Assembly: GCA_964016885.1 (NCBI GenBank)
Contig: OZ024741.1
Span: 275,404,001 to 275,468,000 of the forward strand
DNA length: 64,000 nt
Direction of reading: 5' to 3'
DNA from: Eledone cirrhosa
Taxonomy: Eukaryota
Each line of letters opens with the position of its first letter. The first letter of the stretch is position 1. The translations under genes were made by a program, and so were the position numbers. Below, piece after piece: positions 12,591 to 26,270 of this stretch. Under the pieces are notes generated by a model. The model was not told the origin of the DNA. It searched no databases and saw only the letters and a list, made by a program, of their open reading frames with translations.

Positions 12591-13472
12591 ATATATATAT
12601 ATATATCATCATCATCATCATCATCACCGTTTTACGTCCATTCTTCAACGCTAGCATGGGTTAGACGGGTTGTCCTGTTTTTTGGGCAGTGTCCGGTCGG
12701 CTGACCTTGTCTTGCTCATACGGGAACTGATTCTGGCTTGATTTCTACAGCTGGATGCCCTTCCTAACACCAACCTCATTTACAGTGAGTGCTGGGTGCT
12801 TCTTTGCCGTGGCACCTCCACAACCACTTTGCAGTGGAATGATAAGGACCACAGTCCTATCATCTCATTTCTATAGCTGAGTAAACTGGAGGAATATGAA
12901 ATAAAGTGTCTTGCTCAAGAAAAAAACACATCACCCGGTCCGAGAATTGAACTCACAACCTGTCGATTGCAAGCCCAATGCTCTAACCACTAAGCCATGT
13001 GCCTTCACATTTATATATATAAATGTAATATGAGTTTTTCGAATATTAATAACATTCGATTCGTTTGCAATTATGCAAACAAGCCTCATTTTTAAAACCA
13101 TGTCAGTAGAATGAATCCTTCATTCTTGCTTTTGTGTTGACACAAGAGAGAGAGAGAAAGAGAAAGAGAGAGAGGGGGGAGAGGGGGAGAGTGGAAGAGA
13201 GAGAGAGAGAGAACTAACTTTATACTGAATTGAGTGTTCTACTTACTACGGATATAACCTCCCAGTTTTTTACCACTATATATATATATGTATATATAAA
13301 TAACAATAAGTACACGCTCGAAAAGGTTTGCTGAATATAAGCCGAAACTGCTAGGGATCGTTGTCAGGTGTTTACTGCGGTTGGATTTTTGCCTTTCTTC
13401 TATACCCACTCTACTTCTTCCCATGCATAGAGTACCCCTCTGATTTGTGGTCTCTCGAGTCTCGGCACCGTA

Positions 13473-13550
<78 letters not shown>

Positions 13551-14020
13551 TCATCATCATCATCATCATCATTTCATGTCCGCTTTTCCCTGCTTGCAAA
13601 GTTGGGACGGATCTTATTCAGCACAGCATCTTCATTTATCACGGTCCTTTAACATATCCAGTGAGCTTCAGCGATCTGAGGTCTGCTCTCACCACATCTG
13701 CCCATGTTTTTCATGGTCTTCCATGACTGCGTCTTCCTTCTACTGGGATTCCACACTGTAAATGTGGTTGGTGTTTGGAAGGGCATCCAGCTGTAGAAAA
13801 CATGCCAGACAGTCCTATACGAGCAAGACACGGTCACCCGACCAATCTTGCTTCAAGTGGGACAATTCCCATCTAAACCCATGCTAGCATGGAAGATAGA
13901 CGACGTTAAACGATGATGATAATGATATACCCTTCTCTGGAAAAAATCTGCTGTTCAGACCTAGAGAGAGGGTGGGCTCCTCCAACAGATTTTTTCCAGA
14001 AAAGGGTAGAGTAGAAGAAA

Positions 14021-14130
<110 letters not shown>

Positions 14131-14429
14131 AATAGTGAGGAAGTGAGAACAAAATATAGAGAAAGAAACAATACAAGTACTATATTGATGCTTTTTATAT
14201 CAACCTCAAAAGGATGAAAGGTAAAGTTGACCTCGGTGGGATTTGAATTCAGACTGTAGGGAACCAAAACAAAAACCACAAAGTATTCTATCTGATGTTC
14301 TCATGACTCAGCCAATTCACTGCCTCATGTAGTAAATAAACCAAATAAAGATGCATAAAATTAAATGAAAACCAAATTAAATACAAGAGGTACATGTATT
14401 TTTTTAAAGAATACGATTGTGAATACAAG

Positions 14430-14866
14430 CAACTGAAATGAGGTTCCTCTGAAGGGTCTTTGGAATAATGTTACTTGATAGATTGCATTGCTTGGAAATC
14501 AGAGAGTCACTCCAGGTAGAGCTGCTACTTCTCCGAATTGAGAGATCATAGCTCTGATACTATGGGCATGTGGTTAGAATGTCTCAGGAAAGAACTGCTG
14601 GACAGATTTGACAGGCAAAACCAACTGGCAGGAGACCCAAGGGGTAGACCCCAAGTAAGATGGTTGGATAACATCCATGAGGTTGACTGGTCTCTCGTGG
14701 GGATCCAGCCGGATCAGTTGGAGACGCTTCTGACAGGACCTGGTGGAAGGAGTGTTTGAGGACTCTGCTCCCACGACCCTCTCAGGAATAAGTGGGCAAA
14801 GAAGAAGAAGAAGAAGAAGAAGAAGAAGAAGAAGAAGAAGAAGAAGAAGAAGAAGAAGAAGAAGAA
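14430..14866 (+). mobile_element. Degraded 3' fragment of a second RTE-family LINE with (AAG)n tail
   Basis: Reads ...LEIRESLQVELLLLRIERS..YYGHVVRM...GRPQVRWLDNI, the RTE C-terminal motifs. Confidence 0.7.
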
Positions 14867-15532
14867 ATATCCATCACTTATATAGAGTAGTGAAAAGATT
14901 CTGAGTACCACATTCCATCACTTACCTTATTATGTGTTGTGTAGTACAAAAGGTTGAAACTGTGTAGTCCAGACACTTTACACTAATGTTCTTATTTCAG
15001 ATACATAACACCAGATATAATTTATACATGGCTGAAATATTTCCATAAATATCCATGTGAACGACTTTGTTTAAAGCTATGAGAAAACTACATGAATTCT
15101 AAAAATAAACCTGTATTTAAGTATATTCTGTTCAATTTCTGATTTCTATTTCATCTGTTTGTTACGAGTCGCTATTGCTATTGTTTCTATTTGTGAAGGT
15201 GACTGGTTTTGTGTTTAAAGTATTCAGTTTACAATCATAGGGTCATGAATTCAATTCCTGGTGACATATTATGTCCTTGAGCAAGAGACTTTATTTCATG
15301 ATATTCCAGTTCAGTCAGCTGGCCAAAATAAGTTGTATCTGTAATTCAAATGTATATATATAACGATAAATACAAACAGGTAGGAGACTAATATATATAT
15401 ATGAATGTATATATAGTGTATTTTGCAATACACTGTATGCTTAATTAAAAGCATTTCGAAGACCTTACGCTATTGTTTTAGAGTAGTGACAGTCTCACTT
15501 ACTTTAAATTTTCAGCAAACAAGGGGAGATAA

Positions 15533-15577
15533 AGCTGACAGAGCTGTGTTTCGTACTTTTTGGTACTTATCAAAGCT
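15533..15577 (-). ncRNA. Type I hammerhead, family D (U3-A8 core), in pLTR-like unit ~15400-15665
   Basis: AGCT-TTGATAA-GTAC-CAAAAA-GTAC-GAAAC-ACAGCTCT-GTC|AGCT. Homologous to 39128 and 39483. Confidence 0.75.
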
Positions 15578-15689
15578 AAGTACTCCACCTGTTTGCTGAA
15601 AATCATGAATGTTTGATTCTTATAGAATTCTAGTAATAACCAGGAATTGATTATACAGAGTAGTTATGTATATATATATATATATATAA

Positions 15690-16470
15690 AATTGAAAAAG
15701 TGAAGAATAACATGGTCAACAGTATAAAAAAGGGGATTTATTTACAGTCAAACAATTGTTTCTCTGATTAAGTTGTCTAAGAATTGCTGGACACTAGAAG
15801 CAGTGCCACTCAATTTCAAATATGATGCTAGCTCAATCAGATCATCAGAAACTGTTACAAAAAATATATATATAACCGGCAAATTTACAAATTCATATAT
15901 TTTCTTCTCTCTATATTTTTCTCTGTATTCATTTCTCCTTTTTCTTTTTCTTTCTCTTTTTCTTTTTCTTTTTTTTTCTTTTTCTTTTTTTCTTTTTCCT
16001 TTTCCTTTCTTTCTTTCCTTTATCTATCTCCCTTTCTTTCTCTCTCTATCTTTATTATTAATATTATTATTGATGATGTAATTTGAATTTGTAAATTTGC
16101 CGGTTATATATATTTTTTGTAACAGTTTCTGATGATCTGATCGAGCTAGCATCGTATTTGAAATTGAGTGGCACTGCCTCTAGTGTCCAGCAATTTTTAG
16201 ACTAAAATGATGATGATGATTAATCAGAGAAACAATTGTTAGACTGTAAATAAATCCCCTTTTTTGTACTGTTGACCATGTTATTCTTCACTTTTTCAAT
16301 GTTATTACTCCAAGATAAACTTACATAGGAATACAAGTGAAATCATAAACTCGCCATCTACGTAAACCTCTTGTTGAGTCAAACAACGCCGTATGCTAAA
16401 ACTATCCATAATAAGAAGTATTCACAACCTCTAACTGGATTACCTATAACGATATTTTGTTATCCCTTAT
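15690..16470. mobile_element. Fold-back pLTR-like element with two opposed long-stem-II hammerheads
   Basis: Arms 15690-15895 and 16083-16300 are inverted around a pyrimidine-rich spacer. One-sided extension to ~16470. (TA)n flanks. Confidence 0.8.
16122..16247 (+). ncRNA. Type I hammerhead with ~80-nt insertion in stem II
   Basis: ACAGTTT-CTGATGA-TCTGAT-[insert]-ATCAGA-GAAAC-AATT-GTT|AGACTGT, then AATAAA. Inverted twin at 15744-15855. Confidence 0.75.
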
Positions 16471-16637
16471 ATCTATATCTATATATATAGAATAAGAAAA
16501 TGCAAAGTAGCTTCAGATGTTAAAGTCCTTTATTGATAAGGTTATGATATATTTAATATTGGTGGTTGTTGTTGTTGTGGTGGTGGTGGTAAAGTTTGTT
16601 GTTGTGGTAGTTGTGGTCTGTGTATTTTTCATATGAT

Positions 16638-16678
<41 letters not shown>

Positions 16679-16679
16679 C

Positions 16680-18222
16680 TATCTAAGAATATAGATTTTA
16701 TATGTGGCCGATGCTCAGGTGCAGTAAGTAGCAAGTGTCCACTGGATACTATCTCCTTCAACTGCCCAGATGGTTCTATAGAAATAGTAGACACTTTCTG
16801 TTACCTGGGTGACAAAATCAGTAGTGGAGGAAGGTGCTCTGAAAGTAGAGGAGCCAGAGTTAGAACAGGATGGGAAAAGTTCAGAGAGCTTATACCGCTG
16901 TTGGCCACAAAAGGTTTCTCTCTAAAAATGAAAGGCAGCATGCATGCTCCGTTGGATGTGTAATAGTAATATACACGAATGGCAAAACATAAACAAACTA
17001 AGTGAGAAATTAGGAATAAGAGGGATCAGATGCTATGTACTTGAGAGGAGACTATGTTGGTATGGTCATGTGATGCGCATGAAAGATGACAGCTGTATAA
17101 AAAAGTGCAGGGCAATCAAAGTTGATGGAAGTCATGGAGTAAGTAGACCCAGAAAAACCTGGGACGACATGACAAAATCTGACCTTGCACACTTACACCT
17201 CTCTAAGACAATGTCACTGGATCGAGACCTTCGGCGCTACGCAGTAATACAGAAGACCCACCTTCCCTTACATACAAAGTTAAACCTACAGTCAGTAGGC
17301 ACCTCTTAACCAAATATAAACCCCAACCCACCTACCCCTACTCCATCTTCCCACTCCCACCCACACCACCCTTTCTCTGTAAAATTATGTTGGTACCACA
17401 GAACATCCAGTCCACACTAAAGATGTTGTGTAGGTCTCACGACAAAAAGCACCCAGTCCACGCTGTAAAGTGGTCGTGTAGGACACTGCTACTCAAAGTG
17501 ATGGTCCGCGGACTGGTGTCGGTACGCGAGCCATCAGCTACCGGTACGCGGCCAATGTCCAGGCCATGCTAAGGAATCATTTGAGGAACTCTTTTTATTA
17601 CTTTTTTATATGTTTTGATATTGTAGTAGAAACAATTATTTGTTTACAAAATAAATAGAAGATAAAAAAAAATGGTCAACTATTATTATATTCATTATAT
17701 AGGGTGGTGGATTGGCAGCATCAGTAGAGGGTCGGACGCCATGCTTTCCAGCATAGTTACGTCCCTTTACGATCTGAGTTCAAATCCCGCCGAGGTTGAC
17801 TTTGCCTTTCATCCTTACGGGGTCGATAAAATAAAGTACCAGGGTAATGCACTGGGTAATTACTGGCCTTGTGCCAAAAGTAGAAACAATTATATTCATT
17901 ATATATATCGTTTCCGGTATAAATTAATATTACTACGAAATATTAGTGGTACGTGGCACATTGAGAAAAAAAATGCCGGTCCGCCACATCAGATAGTTTG
18001 AGAAGCACTGGTGTAGAAGATATGGTAAAAAGGCTCTCAGCCCACACTATAAATGTGGTTGGGATTAGGAAGGGCATCCAGCTGTAGAAAACCTGCCAGA
18101 TACAGTCCTATACGAGCGAGACACAGTCACCCGATTAATCTTGCCTCAAGTGGAACAATTTCCGTCTAACCCATGCTAGTGTGGAAGATAGACATTAAAC
18201 GATGTTGATGATGATGATGATA
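16680..18222 (+). mobile_element. 5'-truncated RTE-type LINE (C-terminal ORF remnant and 3' UTR) with nested insertions
   Basis: IEIVDTFCYLGDKISSGG...GWEKFRELIPLL...RRLCWYGHVMRM...RPRKTW. The 3' UTR ends in (GAT)n and is interrupted by the hAT MITE at 17484-18010. Confidence 0.8.
17484..18010. mobile_element. hAT (Charlie-like) MITE containing a family 1 SINE
   Basis: TIRs CACTGCTACTCAAA / TTTGAGAAGCACTG and 8-bp TSD GTGTAGGA/GTGTAGAA. The SINE at 17702-17888 has a 17-bp TSD ATTATATTCATTATATA. Confidence 0.8.
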
Positions 18223-19088
18223 TATATATATATATTATCATCATCATCAACATCATCATCATCACCGTTTTATGTCCATTCTTCCTAGCATGGGTTAGGC
18301 AAGTTGTCCTGTTGTGGATAATGCCAGGTCGGGTGACCTTGTCTTGCTCATACGGGAACTGATTTTGGCTTGATTTCTACAGCTGGATGCCCTTCCTAAC
18401 ACCAACCTCATTTACAGTGTGGACTGGGAGCCTTTTTACCGTGTCCCCTAGACGACCACTTTACACCATGCACTGGGTGCTTTTTGTCGTTACACCTACA
18501 TGACCACTTTGCAGTGAGAGGGGGTGGGGGCATATTGTCTATATGCTTCAGGAAGTCGGGTCTTCAAGAGAAAACAAGGATTAAACGTCACCATCATCTC
18601 ATCATCATCATTACCATTTAGTGGCCATTTTTCCATTCTTGCATGGGTTAGACAAGTTTTCCATGTTGGGAGACAAGTCAGACCAGAGTTGTACCTTGCT
18701 CTAACGATGACTGTAAATTTGGTCGGGGATTTTACAGCTCGATGCCCTTCCTAACACCAACCACATTTACCGTGTGGATATATATATATATATATAAGTA
18801 TGTATAATTGAATATAAAAGAGAGATAAACACAGAAATATACATATATGTGTTCAAATCGTAAGGGACAAGATTGTAAAAGACTATTTTGAGTTTCTAAC
18901 TCAATATATACCTTTGATATATATAAGTATGTGAATTTTGTATATCTAATGATATATGGTATGTTTACAAATAAACATGATGATGATTATATATATATGT
19001 ATGTATATATATATGTGTGTGTGTGTATATAAGAAAGGTAAACCGAAATAACAAAACAAAGGTCACAGTAAATGGAAGAAATATATAG

Positions 19089-19155
<67 letters not shown>

Positions 19156-19497
19156 GTTTGTAATACAATTATATATATATATATTATATATATACACATA
19201 CATATATATATATATATGTATCGCTCATATATTCACCTAGCTTATGCTAAACAGAATAATTTTGAAGCTTGTTTCTTTCCCCTACGGTTAGCTATACTCT
19301 TTGTTGTTCTCCTGTCTCACTCGCTTTACGCGTTTTAATTGTCCTAATAACTTATTTTGGTTATTATTGCACCGACGTGAGGTATATGATTTTTAATGCA
19401 ATGAAATATCTATGATCGTCGGCAAATCACTGATGAGGGACTCATTTTATTACATGTTATCCATGTGCTACCTGCAGTATTTTTCTCTATATTTTAT

Positions 19498-19583
<86 letters not shown>

Positions 19584-19664
19584 GATAAGCAGAACAAGTA
19601 AAATTCAATCAATTTTTCAAAATACATTAAAAAATATAATATAAATATTTACCTCTTCTAGTGG

Positions 19665-19743
19665 CCCTTACTGATCAGTTTCGCTTTGTAAAACCTCATA
19701 AATCCGATGGATTTATGATGGAAAACCAAAGCTCATCAGAGAA
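19665..19743 (-). ncRNA. Type I hammerhead ribozyme (canonical core, long hairpin stem II) in pLTR-like unit ~19580-20030
   Basis: TTCT-CTGATGA-GCTTTG..TCATAAATCC-ATC-GGATTTATGA..CAAAGC-GAAAC-TGATCA-GTA|AGGG. Stem III palindrome ACTGATCAGT. The unit is flanked by long (TA)n. Confidence 0.8.
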
Positions 19744-20035
19744 GCATTTTCCCTTTCTAGGGCTGTTTAGGAACGACAAAATATACAACCTCCTGCCAGC
19801 TAATAAAGGTCTGAAAGGTCGTAAAAGTGACCCGTATGTAAACTGGACCGAAGTAAAAGCGGGAAAATCAAAGACTTGCTGTCTACAATTACTACTAAAA
19901 AAATAGCAGCCAAGTAGAGCAACAGATTTGTTCTCAACGGACGGAGAAAAAGGTAGAAGTTAATATGTCCAGGGATACTAGGTACCCCTAGAAATACATA
20001 GGTTGTCTATGATTCAAGGTTGTTCAATATATATG

Positions 20036-20094
<59 letters not shown>

Positions 20095-20095
<1 letters not shown>

Positions 20096-20283
20096 GTTAT
20101 TCCGGGTTGAATCGGAGGTAACCACAGTAAGTAAGGTACTCAATACATAGCAGAGTATAACAGTTTTAATATAGATGAGATTCTACAGGACTAGAACTGT
20201 TTCATTCATTTGAAATCATCAGATTCCTGATGATTTCAAATGAATGAAACAGTTCTAGTCCTGTAGAATCTCATCTATATTAA

Positions 20284-20287
<4 letters not shown>
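20095..20287. mobile_element. Short fold-back element, family B, inverted at a hammerhead-like core
   Basis: Near-perfect ~60-bp arms (20162-20222 and 20227-20287). The arm reads CTGATGA-TTTCAAATGAAT-GAAAC-AGTTCTA-GTC. Lies between two (TA)n tracts. Confidence 0.8.
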
Positions 20288-20331
<44 letters not shown>

Positions 20332-20960
20332 GTATAGAAGGTGAGGGAAGGGATGTTTACTATATTTTTTTTCTTTCATTTCTCAAAAGAAAGAATTTCC
20401 CACAAATTAAACAAAAATTGCATCAATAGCAATTATTTCACACCAGTGTACATTGTCTTAGAAAGGTAAGCTAGACAGGCGGTGGGGAAGAGGAGCCAGA
20501 GGTGGGGAAGGGGGAGAGGTGGTAAAGGGACAAGAGGGTGGGAAATGTGACAAGTGGGTAAGAAAGGGCACAAGAGGTTAGCGAAGCTGACAAGGTGTTC
20601 ACGAAGAGTACCAGGGGGTGGGAAGAAGGGTGGGGAAGTGGGAAAGGGGACAAAGGGGTTGGTGAAAAGGATTATATATTCCCATTGAAATTCAAATTAA
20701 GTGAGAGATGGTGTCTTGAGTACTTTACATCTGATGGTGCCAATCCCTTCTACTGGTCTGACAAACTGCAGATGTCTTAGAGAAAGAAGGAGAGAAGAGG
20801 AGAGAGAGGGAGAGAAGGAAAGCAAGGTTGAGAAAGAGAGAGGGAGAGAGAGGAAGTGAGAAAGGGAGAGAGAGAGTGAGGGGGGAGAGAGAAAGAGGTA
20901 GAGAGGAAGTGAGAAAGTGAGATAATACAGAGATAGACAGATAGATAAAGAGATAGAGAG

Positions 20961-22310
20961 ATTTCTTTATTTGCCACAAGGGCGCACAAGAAAGGCGACA
21001 AAACAAAGACACATGCCGGGGATTTTACATACAGTCGTGTAAAAATATTGAAACAAACAAATTTAACAATCGAAATCCCCAATAGGAGGAGGCGTTACAA
21101 ATGGGTTGTTTAATACCCCGTCAATAGAACAACCTTCAACTTCAGGAGTGTGTTGTGTAAGTGATCCTTTCTTCCTTTTGCTCTCTTCTTCAACCTACAG
21201 GTTTATATACAGAGAAGGCCCAATCACTTGGGCCAGTTTTGCTACATTTACTCACATTTCAGTAAATTTACTGGGGTGCAGTGCCTCTCTCTCCACTCTG
21301 ATTCTCCTTCTAAAGTGGTACCTAAAGAAGGGAATGAGTTGTTGTCCAGTGAGAAAGGCATCTGTCCTCAGTCCTCTCAATCTCGTCCACCATATAACCT
21401 CTTTCACCATAGCCACTATACAGAGGAAAACCGCCTCTCTTTCGTTTTTGAAAGAAGTTGGTGGTTTGATCTTTACTATGGACTCGGCAGTCAACTGGAT
21501 TTGTCCCATATGCGACAGCAGTTGTTCTGCATAGTTCCACAGGTCGGTTACGCCCGGGCAGTGTACAATTGCGTGCAAGACGGTTTCAATGTCCTGCTCG
21601 CATCTTGGAGACGTCCTCTTGGAAGGATCCCTGCCGGGGCATCCATGCCTGTAGATCTTGTCTCGAATTGGTAGAGCTCCTCGGTAGTACTACCAGGCCA
21701 GGGACCTCTGGAAGTTGTCCATAGGCCCCGGGTGGAAAGTCCTACCAAACAGACTGGTGAGTTCGTTATCTTCGAAGCCTAGAGTCTTTCTGAGTACGTC
21801 GTCGTCATTGTGACGTACTAACCCTCTATAGAATGTCGAAGTGGAGTCTCCATTGATAGCTGTGCCCACTTGACAGAGGACTGTGAGCGCCTGAGCGCAT
21901 TCAATATGCCAGGCACCCATCTTCTTCAGTCTCCACTTGAACCAGGACTGCAGCTCCGTCAGTGAGACAAGTTGCGGGAATGCCTGTCTCACAAACGGTG
22001 CCCACACCAGTTGGTCGGTGAGGAATACCTGGAGATGCCGTAGCCTCAGCGCATCATGAGCCACGGCATTCCCAGCCCTCCATTGGAAAGGTGGTGACAT
22101 TGGATGGATCTCCTCACCAGTGGAGGCTGCTTCTTCCAAAGGAACTAGAAGAGCATGCGTTCCATCTTGGTGAGGTGTTCACGGGGACAAGGCATGACGG
22201 CCAAGCGGTAGTAGATGATGGGCGCTATAAAAGTGTTCGCCACCTCCGCTCGACCTTTCTAGGATAGTTTGCACTCTGCCCCCTTCTGGGTGAGCGTAAA
22301 TACCTTGGCC
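20961..22310 (-). mobile_element. 5'-truncated L1/Tx1-clade LINE (post-RT region and C-terminal zinc-binding region, 3' UTR)
   Basis: ...NGGLGMPWL..., FQRSLAW..RGALPVRDKL, HAIVHCP, KEVIWWTR motifs are typical of the Tx1/L1 ORF2 C-terminus. 3' end CCCTTGTGGCAAATAAAGAAAT abuts (TATC)n. Confidence 0.75.
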
Positions 22311-22914
22311 GTGAGGGGGAGAGAGAAAGGAAAAGTTGACTGTGGCAGGATTTTTACTCACAGAGAGAGAGACAGAACAGGAATGACTTCCACAAAACAT
22401 TCTACCTGCCTTCACTATGTAGAATTGTTTGTTTACTGTCTATGTATGTATGTATGTATATATGTATGTATGTACGTATGTATGTATGTATGTATGTATG
22501 TATGTATGTATGTATGTATGTATGTATGTATGTATGTATGTATGTATGTATGTATGTATGTATGTATGTACGTATGTATGTATGTATGTATGTATGTATG
22601 TATGTATGTATGTATGTATGTATGTATGTATGTACGTATGTATGGATGGATAGATGTATATATGTATGTATGTTCTTCAGGTTTTATAATTTCACAAATT
22701 TTTGCCAATAGAGAGAGAGTCGGTTTCTAACATAGACACAAGACTCTCTCATTGGAATTTACACAACATCAACTAGGTAGATTATGTATGCATGCATGTG
22801 TAGATATGGATGTTATTGTATGTGTGGATGTGTATGTTTTGAGTTGTATGTGTGCATGTGCATACGCTTTGTATCTGTACATGTGTATATGCAGTTATTA
22901 GATGCAACATTTTT

Positions 22915-23315
22915 GGAATTGTACTTGTAATTTCCTAACTAGTTGTGTTCTTTCTGTTCCTGTGAAGCCTAGCTTCTCAAGATTTATATTGAGGTAGTTA
23001 CTAACATACCCCAGTGCCCCAATAATCACAGGCATAAACCTGAAGGTATAATCAGGGTGGAGTATCTGCAGATTTCTCATTAGTTCTGCATAAATATTCT
23101 CCTTTTCGCTAATCTTTGATATTATATTGGCATCTGCTGAGCAGCTAACTTCCACTACTCTGCATGCCTTCTTCACCCTGTCCCATATCATAATATCTGG
23201 TCTGTTATGCCTGCATTTTATTGGGGTTTTTGCTGGAACATTCCACCGATACTCTTTCATATTATGTACATGGATGTTCCACATTGCTGTAGCTTTTAAT
23301 ATGTTTATCATCAGG
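22915..23315 (-). mobile_element. Fragment of a restriction-like-endonuclease non-LTR retrotransposon (R2/R4/NeSL group)
   Basis: HNRPDIMIWD...VVEVSC...KENIYAEL...PVIIGALG is the PD-(D/E) REL domain signature. Confidence 0.8.
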
Positions 23316-24147
23316 GCTATCTTTTCTGTATGTATGCATACATGTATGTATGTATGTTTGAATGTTTTACTTTTTACCGGCTATCTTCATGGTGGCAAGG
23401 TTGTATAGAAAAGGAAATTTTCGTCGTCCTTTGTATACTTGTTCATCATTTGAGTCATAAAAATGTTTTACATATTTTGAAGGTCCAACATACTATGAGC
23501 TGTATTCTTTCTCCACAAACCCAAGTTCTGCCATACTTTTGTTCAGGTAAGTTGGTATATAACCTGTAATTCCAATAACAACAGGTATGAAACTAAACCC
23601 AGAACATAAAGGGGTGTAACTAAATGCTGTAAAATATGTTGTGCAATGCTCTACCGATTTCTGCCAATCCCCCACCCTTGGGAAGATAATGGTTTCTGAT
23701 TTCGACATAAGGCTAACAACTTTGTTGGGGAGGGGAATCAATTAAATTGTAAGGATGGAAAGTAAAGCTAACTTTGGTGAGATTTGATCTCAGAATGTAA
23801 AGGGGTGTAACGCTATGCTGCAAAACATGTTGTCCAATGCTCTACCAATTACTGCCATAAGGTTCAGTTGACCGTTGCACACGTGATACTTCTTCCATTT
23901 GTAATTATTGCTTGTAGCAGGAAATAAGGAAGAATTTTTCTTTCTTGATTGAGAAGTTTCCGATGAGATGAACGTCCCACAGAGTGAAACAGTAGCAGTC
24001 GGAACATCAAAGTAAATAAGTAAAGATTTTTTTCCCATATATATACATATATATATATATGTAAAAGGTAAATAGAAATAACAACACAATCGGTACAGTA
24101 TATGGAAGGAATATATTAGATTAACGCTTCAGATAGCAGGAAGAGGG

Positions 24148-24183
24148 TCTTAACGTTTCGGACACTAGTCCTTCATCAGAAGA
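24148..24183 (-). ncRNA. Minimal hammerhead motif with extra A after the core
   Basis: TCTT-CTGATGAA-GGAC-TAGT-GTCC-GAAAC-GTT|AAGA. Stem III is only the palindrome AACGTT. A decayed relative lies at 24482-24510(+). Confidence 0.7.
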
Positions 24184-24311
24184 AAGAATGAGAAATTAGA
24201 TAGATTGAAGGGACGGACAGGGTGGAATTGGAAAAAATGTTTTTAGAGAAAAATAACAGGTCCATTCATGTTGCCATCTCTTGGAAAACTGTTGATGCTG
24301 ACGTTTTGTGT

Positions 24312-24425
<114 letters not shown>

Positions 24426-24605
24426 TTACTCAGACCTTTTTTCTGTTTCTACATTGTGATCCTGTCTCTATTTCTGTACTCCTGAAGAAGGGCTTAAGCC
24501 TGACACATCAAACTTTCTATCCTCTTTCCAATATAAAATGTGAAACTAATAAGACTTTTTATACCTCTGTTTGTTGTCTCCTTGAACTATATATATATAT
24601 ATATA

Positions 24606-25280
24606 CTAGCAGTGTATCCCGGCGTTGCACAGGTAAGAACATTGGTAATAACACCTCCAATGAGAAACGTTTATTTGTCAGTGCCTGTTAAAAACTCACA
24701 AAAATATACCGCCAGGAAAGTTGTTTTATTTGGAGAAAATTAAGAAGTTGAAAGTACAGTTTAACTGTCTACGTGCATTGTTCATAGAAATATTGTTGAG
24801 TCCCTTCTTTTCAAACTCCTCTGTTTTGGCCTAGTGGAGTAAATGGGAAAAAGAAAGTCACAGGTTAAGTTGGCAGATGGTTCCAGTGCAACAGCAGTAA
24901 GGCGTAGGCTACTTACCTCAAAAGTTCATTCGCATTCTTTCCACTAAGTTACTCTTTCTCTCTATCCCTGTCGGTGTAGTCCCTTGCAAATTTCTCGCGT
25001 AGGCCTGGTGTAGATTTGCACCCGATCCATCTGCCCGATGCACATGTCCGCTTTGTACGGCTTCTGGAGGAAGGAGTGACCAGCAGTACGTTGTTTGGTA
25101 TTATTACGAAAAGTTGTAGCAGAGAATCCCGCGTGAACTAACAGCTCGGGAGGAAACTGCTTACCTCGAAGATTCATTTGCCATCGTTCTTGTCAATGCT
25201 CCGTTTAGTTGGTATTTGTTGGTCTATAGTTAGATGAATGGCACACAAAGGGTTAATGTTTATTGGCAAGAAGTGGCAAC
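24606..25280 (-). mobile_element. Helitron-like non-autonomous element (3' end clear, 5' limit uncertain)
   Basis: Minus strand ends CCTGTGCAACGCCGGG-ATACACTG-CTAG|T, matching the terminus at 51850-51877. Confidence 0.55.
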
Positions 25281-25327
25281 TGGGCTGGCTTGCCTCGGTT
25301 ATATTATATATTAAAATAATAGATTAA

Positions 25328-25378
25328 AGTTTAAGTAAAGAATCGCTGCTTTCACCCTTAACGGGATCTTCTGAAACT
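25328..25378 (-). ncRNA. Hammerhead-like motif, family C
   Basis: AGTTT-CAGAAGA-TCCCGTTAAGGGT-GAAAGCA-GCGATTCTT-TACTT|AAACT, with one stem III mismatch. Confidence 0.5.
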
Positions 25379-26151
25379 AAAAAAATCAATCTGTGAATGC
25401 AGAAGTAAATATTTCGAAAAACGTTGCAACCGAAGGAAAACAGGAAGACGATACTTTGGTTCGTGAAGACGTTCCCTGGCAATGAACGGAAAATAGCGAA
25501 CATAATACATCATCAATGTTTGTCATAATGTCGTAATGCAGACAGCCAGACATACAGACAGATATTATAAGGGCGTGACGGAGATCGATAACCAGCGCCT
25601 AACACCCCTTTAAGAACAGAAAATTGAAAAATAAAAGCTGCAGTTAATATCTTTAAACTGCAAGGAATATATAAATGCAAGTTTAAAGTCAATTGGAGTA
25701 GAAATGTGGATTTGTATAGACTTTTCAAAAATGAGGACACACACACAGACAACTACAGTTTTATATATATGTATAGATATCATCATCATCATCACCGTTT
25801 TTCGTCCGTTCTTCCACGCTAGCATGGGTCCTGTTTTTTGGGCAGTGTCCGGTCGGCTGACCTTGTCTTGCTCATACGGGAACTGATTCTGGCTTGATTT
25901 TTATAGCTGGATGCCCTTTCTAACACCAACCTCATTTACAGTGAGTGCTGGGTGCCTTTTTTCCGTGGTGCCTACTCGTATGTATATATGATATATGATA
26001 TATTGATATATATATATAATATATTAATAATAATAGTATTTATACTTATATATATAATTTCAATATAATGTCACTGACATTGTTAATAACAATGTATCTT
26101 AATGAATGTTCTAAGGACTAGGAATGTAATTACTTGTTTAAACATTGTGTA

Positions 26152-26198
26152 TGCTCCGATGATTCCAGACAATTATCTGGAAGAAATGATCGTCAGCA
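26152..26198 (+). ncRNA. Type I hammerhead (CCGAUGA core variant)
   Basis: TGCT-CCGATGA-TTCCAGA-CAATTA-TCTGGAA-GAAAT-GATC-GTC|AGCA. 4-bp stem I, 7-bp stem II, palindromic GATC loop. ATTAAA follows. Confidence 0.75.
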
Positions 26199-26237
26199 AT
26201 TAAATGCATTAAACAAAAATTTGATTGTTTTATATTT

Positions 26238-26270
<33 letters not shown>

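Noticed and set aside
13311-13371. Possible HHR TCGAAAA-GGTTTG/TAAGCC-GAAAC..GTC
   Set aside because: Two mismatches next to the cleavage site and a doubly variant core in a single copy; too degenerate to call.
14926-15098. Minus-strand segment ending in a perfect AAG|GTAAGT donor
   Set aside because: All frames from the two plausible acceptors contain stops. It could be a non-coding exon, but this is unsupported.
19428-19500. CTGATGAGGGA hammerhead 5' half
   Set aside because: The GAAA half is missing; the sequence runs into (TA)n.
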